In this document: in pieces, positions 1 through 8,686 of the stretch
Position numbering within the stretch: position 1 is the first letter of the stretch
Layout: each line of letters opens with the position of its first letter
Assembly: GCA_027067975.1 (NCBI GenBank)
Contig: JAMOUS010000124.1
Location: 1-44,867 of the forward strand
Direction: 5' to 3'
Origin: Bacteroidales bacterium
GTDB lineage: Bacteria; Bacteroidota; Bacteroidia; Bacteroidales; VadinHA17
Length of the DNA: 44,867 bases
Program-made: the position numbers and the translations under genes
Notes under the pieces: model-generated
Databases searched by the model: none
The model's input: only the letters and a program-made list of their open reading frames with translations
What the model was told of the DNA's origin: nothing

Positions 1-345
1 ATGCAGCGTCTCCTTACCTCCATGCCCTATGCCCCCAAACAGTTCCGTCTCGCAAAACAAACCCTCCTCGAAAGGATACGCACCGAACGCATCACAGGAG
101 AAAAGATCTACACCTCGTGGCTCGAGAACCGCGATCGCGGCATCGACCATGACGTGCGGGAAGATATCTACCACGAGGTGGAGAAGATGAGCGCCGAAGA
201 CCTCCGCCATTTCTTCGATGAACACATCAAGAACAAAAAATACACCCTCCTGGTGTTGGGTGCGAAAGGATCGCTCGACCGCGACCTGTTACGCCGCTGG
301 GGAGAGGTGGAGGAAGTCTCCCTGCGCGATCTCTTCGGATACTGA
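1..345 (+). CDS. C-terminal part of an M16 (insulinase-family) zinc peptidase, 5' end outside window
   Basis: ORF runs in from the window edge. The C-terminus (ERIRTERITGEKIY...DLRHFFDEHIKNKKYTLLVLG...SLRDLFGY) resembles the ends of Bacteroidota M16 peptidases. The catalytic HxxEH motif is not visible. Confidence 0.65.
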   Translation: MQRLLTSMPYAPKQFRLAKQTLLERIRTERITGEKIYTSWLENRDRGIDHDVREDIYHEVEKMSAEDLRHFFDEHIKNKKYTLLVLGAKGSLDRDLLRRWGEVEEVSLRDLFGY

Positions 346-373
346 TCACAGAAATGAAAACCGCTTACCAACC

Positions 374-1051
374 ATGAAAAGGCTTATTCCGTTCGTGATC
401 CTCCTGTTGCTCGCCGTTGCCGGCACGGCGCAACAGGTGTTCGTGCAATATGGCAAGGCATCGTTCTATGCCGACAAGTTCAACGGCCGCAAGACCGCCA
501 GCGGCGAGATCTTCCGCAACGACCAGCTCACGGCGGCACATCTGACGCTGCCCTTCGGGTCGATGGTGAAGGTGACCAACCTGGAGAACCACCGCTCGAT
601 CGTCGTACGCATCAACGACCGCGGGCCGTATGTGGAGGGGCGGATCATCGACCTCACGAAGACCGCTGCCCGCATGCTGGGGTTTGTCGACCAAGGCACG
701 GCCCGCGTAAAGATCGAACTGGTGAACGGCGCCGCCGCCCCTGCGGCGGCAGCCCCCGCCGCCACCGCCCCGGAAAGCTCCCGCACCTATTACACTTTCA
801 TCGCCCGCCGCACCCACCCGAAAGGCTTCGGCATCCAGGTGGGCAGCTTCCGCGAACTCTCCAACCTCATGAACATCACCGACAAGCTGCCGGAGCGGGA
901 GAAGAAAAGGCTGGTGATCCAGGCGGCCGAGGTGAATCGCATCCGCGTCTACCGCGTCATCCTGGGCCAGTATGCCGATCGCCGGGAGGCGGAGAAAGAG
1001 CTGAAGAAGGTGCGCAGGACCTACCCCGACGCCTTCATCATCACCTATTGA
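374..1051 (+). CDS. rlpA: Septal ring lytic transglycosylase RlpA family protein with C-terminal SPOR domain
   Basis: ATG at 374 followed by a signal peptide. DPBB motifs GKASFYADKFNGRKTASGE, TAAHLTLPFG and VRINDRGPY...RIIDL, an Ala/Pro linker, then SPOR-like IQVGSF...YRVILGQY...PDAFI. Confidence 0.92.
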   Translation: MKRLIPFVILLLLAVAGTAQQVFVQYGKASFYADKFNGRKTASGEIFRNDQLTAAHLTLPFGSMVKVTNLENHRSIVVRINDRGPYVEGRIIDLTKTAARMLGFVDQGTARVKIELVNGAAAPAAAAPAATAPESSRTYYTFIARRTHPKGFGIQVGSFRELSNLMNITDKLPEREKKRLVIQAAEVNRIRVYRVILGQYADRREAEKELKKVRRTYPDAFIITY

Positions 1052-1070
1052 ACCGGAAAAATACGATACC

Positions 1071-2513
1071 ATGGTGCATAGAAGGGATTTTATCAAGAAG
1101 AGTGCGGTGGCGGCGGGGGCCGTCACCCTGGGCACGCCGGCCGTGCCGGCCTTCCTGCGCGGGGGCTCCTACCCCTCACGCCGTCCGCCGCTGCGGGAGC
1201 GCCGTTTCGTCAGTGAGGCGGTGGAAGAGACACTCCGCCGTGTGAGCCGTGACATCGCCGACCCCGAGCTGCGGTGGATGTTCAACAACTGCTTCCCCAA
1301 CACCCTCGACACAACGGTCTTTTACAAAGAGGAGGGAGGCCTCCCCGACACGTTCGTCATCACCGGCGACATCCACGCCATGTGGCTGCGCGACTCGTCG
1401 GCCCAGGTATGGCCGTATGTCGCGCTGGCGGGCGGTGACCCGTCACTGCGCAAGCTGCTCGAGGGCGTGATCCGCCGCCAGACCCGCTGCATCCTCATCG
1501 ACCCATATGCCAACGCCTTCAACGACGGTCCCACCGGCAGCGAATGGGAGAAGGACCTCACCGCGATGAAGCCCGAGCTGCATGAACGCAAGTGGGAGGT
1601 CGACTCCCTCTGTTACCCCATCCGTCTGGCCCACGGCTACTGGAAGAGCACCGGCCATGACGCTTTCATGGACGACGCCTGGCGGCGGGCCATGCGGAGC
1701 GTGATCCGCACCTTCCGCGAGCAGCAGCGTAAGGACGGCCCCGGCCCTTACACCTTCATGCGGGTCACCGCCCGCCAGACCGACACCGTCGCCGGCATGG
1801 GCTACGGCAACCCCTGGCGCCCCAACGGCATGATCTGCTCGGTGTTCCGCCCCTCCGACGATGCCACGATCTTCCTCGGCCTCGTTCCTTCCAACTTCTT
1901 CGCCGTGAAGGCTCTGCGGCAGATGGCCGAGATGGCCGGCCATGCCGGCGACAGCGGCCTCGCCGGCGACGCCCTTGCCCTCGCCGCAGAGGTAGAGAAG
2001 GCCCTGCGGCAGTACGCCGTTGTCGACCATCTCCACTACGGCAAGGTCTATCCCTTCGAGGTGGACGGCTACGGCAACGCCCTCTTCATGGACGACGGCA
2101 ACATCCCCAGCCTGCTGGCGATGCCCTACTTGGGGACCGTCGCCTCCGACGACCCGGTGTACCGCAATACGCGGCGTTTTCTGCTTTCGGGCGACAATCC
2201 CTGGTTCTTCCGCGGCAAGGCCGCCGAAGGCATCGGCAGCCCCCACACCGGCCGCGACATGATCTGGCCGCTGGCCCTCCTCGCCCGCACCCTCACCAGC
2301 GACAACGAAGAGGAGATCCTCCAAAACCTGCGGTGGCTCGTCCGCTCCAACGCCGGCACCGGCTTCATGCATGAGTCGTTCCACAAGGACGATCCCTCCC
2401 GCTTCACCCGCAAGTGGTTCGCCTGGGCCAACACCCTCTTCGGCGAACTCATCCTGAAACTTCATGCCGAACATCCCGCCCTCCTCCAGAAAAGCATGTC
2501 GGAAATCCAATAA
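1071..2513 (+). CDS. Glycoside hydrolase family 125 (exo-alpha-1,6-mannosidase-like), Tat-exported
   Basis: Twin-arginine signal RRDFIK. GH125 motifs FPNTLDTT, TGDIHAMWLRDS, ERKWEVDSL, FRPSDD, MDDGNIPSLL, GFMHESF and FAWAN. Confidence 0.93.
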   Translation: MVHRRDFIKKSAVAAGAVTLGTPAVPAFLRGGSYPSRRPPLRERRFVSEAVEETLRRVSRDIADPELRWMFNNCFPNTLDTTVFYKEEGGLPDTFVITGDIHAMWLRDSSAQVWPYVALAGGDPSLRKLLEGVIRRQTRCILIDPYANAFNDGPTGSEWEKDLTAMKPELHERKWEVDSLCYPIRLAHGYWKSTGHDAFMDDAWRRAMRSVIRTFREQQRKDGPGPYTFMRVTARQTDTVAGMGYGNPWRPNGMICSVFRPSDDATIFLGLVPSNFFAVKALRQMAEMAGHAGDSGLAGDALALAAEVEKALRQYAVVDHLHYGKVYPFEVDGYGNALFMDDGNIPSLLAMPYLGTVASDDPVYRNTRRFLLSGDNPWFFRGKAAEGIGSPHTGRDMIWPLALLARTLTSDNEEEILQNLRWLVRSNAGTGFMHESFHKDDPSRFTRKWFAWANTLFGELILKLHAEHPALLQKSMSEIQ

Positions 2514-2519
2514 AATTCC

Positions 2520-2527
2520 TATTTTTG
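2520..2527 (+). promoter_or_regulatory. Bacteroidota sigma-A -7 element (TATTTTTG) upstream of MFS gene
   Basis: Matches TAnnTTTG about 37 nt before the ATG at 2564. Confidence 0.55.
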
Positions 2528-2563
2528 CCCTCAAACCGCCTAAAACGATTTAACCACACATCC

Positions 2564-3757
2564 ATGGAAAAACGTTCAAAACTTCAGGTGGCAGCGGTGT
2601 TCCTGGCCTTTCTGGCCATGGGCTTCGGCGACGCCGTAGGGCCTTTTGTGGGGCTGGTGCGTGAACATTACCAGACCACCAACTTTCTGGCCACGCTCAT
2701 TCCCTCGATCAGCCTGCTGATGTTCCTGGTGCTCTCGATCCCGGTGAGCATCTACCAGGACAAAAGAGGGAAGAAGCATGTGATGGTGCTGGGGCTGACC
2801 GTGGCACTCATCGGCCTGGTGATCCCCATCATCGGCGGGCTGAAGGCCGACGACCCCGACTCGTTTCCCTATTCGCTTTTCCTGTTGACGGTGTTGCTGC
2901 TGGGCGCCGGCGCCACCATCCTGCAGGTGGCGGGCAACCCCATCATGCGCGACGTCTCTCCCGAAGGGAAATACTCCCGCAACCTTTCCCTGGCCCAGTT
3001 CATCAAGGCCATCGGCTCGCTGTCGGGGCCGCTGATCCCCGTCGCCGCCGCCCGTTACTTTGACGCCGGCTGGGAGATCATCTTCCCCATTTACTCCATC
3101 TCCCTGCTCATCACCCTGGCCATCCTCATCCCTACCCCCATCCATGAGAAAAAAGATCCCAACTCCCATCCCGCCACCTTCCGCTCGAGCTTCCGCCTAC
3201 TCACGAATCCTTTCGTGCTGCTGATGACCCTCGGCATTTTCGTGTACGTGGGAGCGGAGGTGTCCGTCAGCTCGGGCATCCCCCTTTACCTCGAAGACAA
3301 ATACGGCATCGACATCCAGAAGCTCGGCCTGGCCGGAACGGGACTCTTCTTCCTTTTCCTGATGACAGGCCGTTTCCTGGGGGCCATCATCCTCTCGTGG
3401 ATGAAAGCCCAGCGTTTTCTGGTGATCACCTCCCTCTTCGCCGTGGCCGGCCTGTTGCTCCTGCTCTTCGGCGGCAAGCCCCTGGCCATCTTCAGCATCT
3501 CGCTCATCGGCATCAGCTTTGCCAATATCTTTCCTCTGATCTTTTCCATCACCATCGACCGGATGCCGGAACACACCAACGAGCTCTCCGGCCTGATGAT
3601 CTCCGCCATCTTCGGCGGGGCGGTGCTGCCGCCGATCATGGGGAAAGTGGCCGACCTCACCAACACCGGCATCGGCCTGTTGGTACCCCTGGCGGCCATC
3701 CTCTACATCCTCTACCTCTCATTCTATGTCTCCGGCAAAACAACAGTGAAAGCATAA
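2564..3757 (+). CDS. MFS sugar transporter (FucP/GluP/NagP-like)
   Basis: About 12 hydrophobic segments. Motifs LQVAGNP, RNLSLAQ, GIFVYVGAEV and FANIFPLIF are typical of the fucose/glucose permease family. Confidence 0.88.
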   Translation: MEKRSKLQVAAVFLAFLAMGFGDAVGPFVGLVREHYQTTNFLATLIPSISLLMFLVLSIPVSIYQDKRGKKHVMVLGLTVALIGLVIPIIGGLKADDPDSFPYSLFLLTVLLLGAGATILQVAGNPIMRDVSPEGKYSRNLSLAQFIKAIGSLSGPLIPVAAARYFDAGWEIIFPIYSISLLITLAILIPTPIHEKKDPNSHPATFRSSFRLLTNPFVLLMTLGIFVYVGAEVSVSSGIPLYLEDKYGIDIQKLGLAGTGLFFLFLMTGRFLGAIILSWMKAQRFLVITSLFAVAGLLLLLFGGKPLAIFSISLIGISFANIFPLIFSITIDRMPEHTNELSGLMISAIFGGAVLPPIMGKVADLTNTGIGLLVPLAAILYILYLSFYVSGKTTVKA

Positions 3758-3791
3758 GATAACCGAACAACATTCCAATCAAACAGAAGCC

Positions 3792-4757
3792 ATGAAAAAA
3801 GCGGTAACCATCGGCATTGACATAGGAGGGACCAACACCGTGATGGGCGTGGTCGACCGTGACGGGAACATCCTGGCCGAAAACCGGATCTCCACCACCG
3901 ACTATCCCGATATCGCCGACTATGTGGCGGCGCTGCACCAAGCCTTCACCGCCGCCCTGGCGGAGGCGGGCAGCGAGGTCGAGCTGAAGGCCATCGGCAT
4001 CGGCGCCCCCAACGGCAACTACTACCACGGCACCATCGAATACCCGCCCAACCTCATCTGGGAGGGAGTGATCCCCCTGTGCGAGATGATCTCGAAGAAC
4101 GTCGACGTGCCGGTGGTGCTCACCAACGATGCCAACGCCGCCGCACTGGGCGAGATGATCTACGGCGGCGCCCGCAACATGAAGAACTTCATTGTCTATA
4201 CGCTGGGCACAGGGCTGGGCAGCGGCATCGTCATCAACGGCGAGGTGTTGTACGGTTCCACCGGCTTTGCCGGCGAGATCGGCCACATCATCATGGTGCC
4301 GGGGGGACGCGACTGCGGCTGTGGCCGCCAGGGATGCCTGGAGACCTATGTCTCGGCCACGGGCATCGTCCGCACCGTCGAGGAGCTGCTCGCACAACGG
4401 CGTGACCCCAGTCCCTTGCGCAAAGTACCTCCCGAAACACTCACCTCCAAGATGATCACCGAGGCGGCCCAGCAGGGCGATCGCATTGCCCTCGAAGCAT
4501 TCGACCGCACCGCCGACATGCTGGCCCTCTCGATCGTCAATTCGGTGGCCTTCTCCAGCCCCGAGGCGATCTTCCTCTTCGGCGGCCTCTCCAACGCCGG
4601 GAAATATCTTTTCGACCCCGTCGAAAAATATGTCAACGAAAAGATCCAGACCATCTTCAAGGGCACGGTACGCATCCTCCCCTCGGAGATCCCCGAGAAC
4701 AACGCCGCCATCCTCGGCGCCAGCGCCCTCGCCTGGAAAGAGATCGAAAAACAGTGA
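3792..4757 (+). CDS. ROK family sugar kinase (glucokinase-like)
   Basis: IGIDIGGT, NDANAAALGE, TLGTGLGSG and the zinc motif GEIGH...CGCGRQGCLE. Confidence 0.93.
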   Translation: MKKAVTIGIDIGGTNTVMGVVDRDGNILAENRISTTDYPDIADYVAALHQAFTAALAEAGSEVELKAIGIGAPNGNYYHGTIEYPPNLIWEGVIPLCEMISKNVDVPVVLTNDANAAALGEMIYGGARNMKNFIVYTLGTGLGSGIVINGEVLYGSTGFAGEIGHIIMVPGGRDCGCGRQGCLETYVSATGIVRTVEELLAQRRDPSPLRKVPPETLTSKMITEAAQQGDRIALEAFDRTADMLALSIVNSVAFSSPEAIFLFGGLSNAGKYLFDPVEKYVNEKIQTIFKGTVRILPSEIPENNAAILGASALAWKEIEKQ

Positions 4758-4759
4758 CC

Positions 4760-5413
4760 ATGGAACCTTTCAAGATCCCCCGACTGCCGTTCGATGATCC
4801 CGCCCAGGATCCTGCGGGTCTCTCGGCCCACATGGACACCCTCCCGAAGGAAGAGATCGGCGTGATCAACTGGCCCGAGTTCTCTTACAAACCCGAAGTG
4901 CACTTCGCCGTGGCCTGGGCGCCGGGCATGATCGTGGTGAAGTATTACGTGCGCGAAGAGGTCATCCGCGCCCGTTTCACGGAGGACAACGCGCCGGTGT
5001 GGAAGGACAGCTGTGTGGAGTTCTTTGTCGCCCCCGGCGACGACGGCGTCTATTACAACTTCGAGATCAACTGCATCGGCACCTGCCTGGCCGAAAAAGG
5101 GCTCTCCCGCTCCCCGCGCGAGAAGCTGCAGCCCGAGGTGATCGAACATATCAAACGTTTCCCCTCCCTCGGCGTAGCCCCCTTCGAAGAAAAGAAGGGC
5201 GACTTCTCCTGGGAGCTGCTGGCCATCATACCGGTCGCTTCGTTCGTCGACCATGCGGTGGAGCCCGATTTGCAGGGAAAGACCTTCCGCGCCAACTTCT
5301 ACAAATGCGGTGACGAGCTCTCCAAACCCCATTACCTCACCTGGAACCCGGTCCGTACGCCGCAACCCGACTACCACCGGCCGGAGTTCTTCCGCGAGAT
5401 CCTCTTCGTCTGA
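4760..5413 (+). CDS. Carbohydrate-binding family 9-like (CBM9/DOMON-like) protein
   Basis: Motifs VWKDSCVEFF, YYNFEINCIG, FRANFYKCGD...PHYLTW and PDYHRPEFF. Starts right at the ROK stop. No signal peptide. Confidence 0.8.
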   Translation: MEPFKIPRLPFDDPAQDPAGLSAHMDTLPKEEIGVINWPEFSYKPEVHFAVAWAPGMIVVKYYVREEVIRARFTEDNAPVWKDSCVEFFVAPGDDGVYYNFEINCIGTCLAEKGLSRSPREKLQPEVIEHIKRFPSLGVAPFEEKKGDFSWELLAIIPVASFVDHAVEPDLQGKTFRANFYKCGDELSKPHYLTWNPVRTPQPDYHRPEFFREILFV

Positions 5414-5466
5414 TCTCTCTTCCTCGCCGGTTTTTTCCCCTCTTTCACATAGGGCAACACCCCTGT

Positions 5467-5497
5467 TTTGAGAATTCCTCCTTTTTTTGTATCTTTG
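5467..5497 (+). promoter_or_regulatory. Bacteroidota sigma-A promoter for the pfk-deacetylase-SIS operon
   Basis: TTTG (5467-5470), 19-nt spacer, TATCTTTG (5490-5497). Confidence 0.7.
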
Positions 5498-5541
5498 GTT
5501 CGATTTGTTTGGAACTAAAAATAATCAAAAAAACCACTGAC

Positions 5542-6741
5542 ATGAAACAGGGAAATGCGATCATAGGACAGTCGGGAGGCCCCACGGCCGTGATCAACGC
5601 CTCGCTGGCAGGCGTGGTGGAAGAGGCCCTCAGAACCCCCGGCATCCGGAACATCTACGGCATGAACTACGGCATCGAAGGGTTCATGAACGAAGAGATC
5701 ATCGACCTGGGACGTCAGCCCAAAGAGATCATCGAAGGATTGAAACACACCCCCTCGTCGGCCCTCGGCTCCACACGCCACAAGGTGCAGGACGAGGATT
5801 TCCCCCGCATCCTCGAGGTGCTGAAGAAATATGACATCCGTTATTTCTTCCTCATCGGCGGCAACGACACCATGGACACCGTCAACCGGGTCGAGCAGTT
5901 CTGCCGCGAAGCCGGCTATGAGATGATCGGCGTCGGCATCCCCAAGACCGTCGACAACGACCTCTTTGGCACCGATCATACGCCGGGTTTCGCCTCGGCC
6001 GCCCGTTCCAACATCCTCAACGTCTTGCAGGCCGGATTCCTCGCCCGCGACATGAAACGGGTCGATCAGTTCGTCATTTACCAGACCATCGGCCGGGATG
6101 CCGGCTGGCTCGCCGCCGCCACCGCCATGGCCAAAAAGGACGAAGACGATGCCCCCCATCTCATCTACGCTCCCGAGTTCGTCTTCGACAAGGAAAAGTT
6201 CCTGGCCGACTTCGAGAAAGTTTACAAGAAGTACGGCTGGGTCTCGATCGTCTGCGGCGAAGGGATCAAGTATGCCGACGGCACGCCGGTGAGCGCCTCC
6301 AAGGTGAAGGACAAGTTCTCCAACGTCGAGTTCGGCGCCATGGGGGGCACCAGCGTCGCCATCAACCTCCACCGCATGATCACCGAAAAGTTCGGCTTCC
6401 GCGGTGAGTTCCAGATCACCGAGTCGCTTATCATGTCGGCCGAGGACCGTGTCCTCGAACGGGATGTCGAGGAGGCTTACCAGTGTGGCGTCAAGGCCGT
6501 CGAGCTCGCCCGCGACGGCGTCAGCGGCATGATGGTCGCCATGAAACGCACCTCCAACGACCCCTATACCATCGAATATACCCAGGTACCCCTCAACGAC
6601 GTAGCCGTCAAGGCCAAGCCGATGCCGCTCGAGTATTTCAACGAAGAGGGCAACTTCGTCAGCGAGAAGTTCATCGAATACATGAAACCCCTCACCGGAC
6701 CCCTGCCGGAGTTCGTGAGGCTGCAACCGATCAAACCCTGA
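5542..6741 (+). CDS. PfkA-family phosphofructokinase, probably pyrophosphate-dependent
   Basis: QSGGPTAVIN, GGNDT (Asp at the phosphoryl-donor position) and PKTVDND (Lys) form the PPi-type signature. The usual MGR motif reads TIGR here. Confidence 0.87.
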   Translation: MKQGNAIIGQSGGPTAVINASLAGVVEEALRTPGIRNIYGMNYGIEGFMNEEIIDLGRQPKEIIEGLKHTPSSALGSTRHKVQDEDFPRILEVLKKYDIRYFFLIGGNDTMDTVNRVEQFCREAGYEMIGVGIPKTVDNDLFGTDHTPGFASAARSNILNVLQAGFLARDMKRVDQFVIYQTIGRDAGWLAAATAMAKKDEDDAPHLIYAPEFVFDKEKFLADFEKVYKKYGWVSIVCGEGIKYADGTPVSASKVKDKFSNVEFGAMGGTSVAINLHRMITEKFGFRGEFQITESLIMSAEDRVLERDVEEAYQCGVKAVELARDGVSGMMVAMKRTSNDPYTIEYTQVPLNDVAVKAKPMPLEYFNEEGNFVSEKFIEYMKPLTGPLPEFVRLQPIKP

Positions 6742-6770
6742 AACCACAGAACATCTAAAAACGCAAAACC

Positions 6771-7538
6771 ATGGAACACACTTTCAACAAGGTCGTCCTC
6801 TCGCTCCACGCTCATCCCGATGATACCGAGGCGTTCTGCGCCGGCACGCTGAAGCTGCTCAAGGACAAAGGCTACAAGATCGTCATCGCCACAATGACCG
6901 CCGGCGGGATGGGCGGCATCAACTCGACCGAGGAGAAGACCATCGCCCTCCGCAAGGAGGAGGCCCGCAAAGCCGCCGCCGTCCTCGACGCCGAATATTA
7001 CTGTCTCGACGGTCGCGACGGCTTCCTCTTCGACACCACCGAGATGCGGCTGAAGACCATCTCCCTCATCCGCAAGGTGCGGGCAGGCATCGTCATCACC
7101 CACCTGCCCATCGACTACCACAGCGACCATCGCACCACCTGTAATATCGTCGAGTCGGCCGCGATGATCTCGTCACTGCCCAACGTGCCGGTGGAAGAGG
7201 AGCCCCTGGAGATCACCCCGCTGCTCTATCACTCCGCACCGCTGACCCTCTCCGACCCCATCGGCAACCGGATCGCTCCCCCCACCTTCTTCGTCGATAT
7301 CACCAGCGCCATCGAGACCAAGATGGACATGCTTGCCCATCACCAGTCGCAGATGGACCTTATGCGCCACATGCACAAGATGGACGACTTCTTCGGCGAG
7401 ATGAAGAAGAACAATGTCGATTACGGCAAGATGGTAGGCGTCGACTACGCCGAACCTTTCTGGCAGCACCTGGGCGGCGGGTTCCAGAAAGATCCCCTCA
7501 TCCAGGAAGAACTGAAAGAATTCATCAAAACCCTTTAA
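6771..7538 (+). CDS. PIG-L/LmbE family N-acetyl-sugar deacetylase
   Basis: HAHPDDTE, TMTAGGMG, RKEEARKAA and THLPIDYHSDH zinc-binding motifs. Confidence 0.9.
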   Translation: MEHTFNKVVLSLHAHPDDTEAFCAGTLKLLKDKGYKIVIATMTAGGMGGINSTEEKTIALRKEEARKAAAVLDAEYYCLDGRDGFLFDTTEMRLKTISLIRKVRAGIVITHLPIDYHSDHRTTCNIVESAAMISSLPNVPVEEEPLEITPLLYHSAPLTLSDPIGNRIAPPTFFVDITSAIETKMDMLAHHQSQMDLMRHMHKMDDFFGEMKKNNVDYGKMVGVDYAEPFWQHLGGGFQKDPLIQEELKEFIKTL

Positions 7539-7549
7539 CCTGAAAAGCC

Positions 7550-8566
7550 ATGAACCTGAACGAGAAGAAGTATTCGCAATACGCACTGGTACGTGAGATG
7601 CTGGAGACTTCGGATGTGATCCGCAAGTTCGATCCGGCTGCTTCGGAGCGTTTTGTCCAGCCGATCCGCAGTAAGAAAGGCCTGTTCCTCACCGGCGAGG
7701 GGAGCAGCCGCATCTTCCCTGCCAAGCGCACCCTCACCGCCTCGCTGCAGGAGGGGGTGCCGGTACCCATCTTCACCGAAGGAGCCACGCAGGCTCTGGA
7801 ATACAAGTTCGACGACCTGGCCGTCTTCGGCGCCTCCAACTCGGGCAAGACCAAAGAGGTGGTACGCCTCTTCAAACACCTGAAGGAGAGCGGCCACACC
7901 GCCTTCTTCGGTCTCACCGCCAACAGCGGCACGCCCCTCCAGGACCTCGCCCTCGACACCCACGTGCTGGGCTGTGGCAAAGAGGACGCCGTCGCCGCCA
8001 CCAAATCGGTCATCGAACAGGGCCTATTCTATGACAGCCTCTACCGCCACCTCACCGGCAAGAAGATGCCCGGCCTCGACGAATTGGCCGACAAGGTCGA
8101 AGAGGCCATGACCCTCCGCGTCGACAGCAGCCTCGTCGAAAAGATGAAAAATGCCGGGATGATCTACTTCGCCGGCCGCAATACCGGCGTCGCCGAAGAG
8201 CTCACGCTCAAGACCAACGAGATCACCCGCAAGAAATCCGACTACCTCGAAGGCACCTATGCCGCCCACGGCATTGAAGAGGTGATGAACCCCGACGAGG
8301 TCGTCATCGTCGTCGACCCCTTCGAGAGCGAAGAGGAGAAGTTCCAGGAGGTGCTCGTCAAAGGTGTCGGCATGACCGTCGTGGCCATCTCACACCGCCA
8401 GACCAGCTTCCCCACCATCCTCATCCCCGACGGCGGAGCATACAAAGACTATGTAGAACTGGCCGCCGGATGGAACGTCCTCGTCGAGATCGGCATCGCC
8501 CTCGGCATCAACCTCGACAAACCCGAAAGGGCCCGCAAGGTGGGGAACGAATACACCGGAGATTAA
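7550..8566 (+). CDS. Double-SIS-domain protein, GlmS isomerase-domain-like (putative amino-sugar-6-phosphate deaminase/isomerase)
   Basis: TGEGSS, SNSGKT, AVAATKS, EELTLKTNE, HG and the C-terminal LDKPERARKV loop parallel the GlmS isomerase motifs. There is no glutaminase domain. Confidence 0.85.
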   Translation: MNLNEKKYSQYALVREMLETSDVIRKFDPAASERFVQPIRSKKGLFLTGEGSSRIFPAKRTLTASLQEGVPVPIFTEGATQALEYKFDDLAVFGASNSGKTKEVVRLFKHLKESGHTAFFGLTANSGTPLQDLALDTHVLGCGKEDAVAATKSVIEQGLFYDSLYRHLTGKKMPGLDELADKVEEAMTLRVDSSLVEKMKNAGMIYFAGRNTGVAEELTLKTNEITRKKSDYLEGTYAAHGIEEVMNPDEVVIVVDPFESEEEKFQEVLVKGVGMTVVAISHRQTSFPTILIPDGGAYKDYVELAAGWNVLVEIGIALGINLDKPERARKVGNEYTGD

Positions 8567-8596
8567 GCCAGGCTCCCTTTTTGATCCCTCATTGGG

Positions 8597-8632
8597 AAGA
8601 AGACCCGGGTCATGCCCGGGTCTTCTTTTTTT
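8597..8632 (+). terminator. Intrinsic terminator after the SIS gene
   Basis: 13-bp stem AAGAAGACCCGGG / CCCGGGTCTTCTT with a TCATG loop, followed by a T-run. Confidence 0.88.
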
Positions 8633-8657
8633 GGTTCTTTTTTATACGAACTTTTTT

Positions 8658-8665
8658 TACATTTG
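8658..8665 (+). promoter_or_regulatory. -7 element (TACATTTG) for second ROK gene
   Basis: TAnnTTTG just downstream of the terminator, about 22 nt before ATG 8687. Confidence 0.55.
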
Positions 8666-8686
8666 CCCGGAACAAAACCTTTCTTT

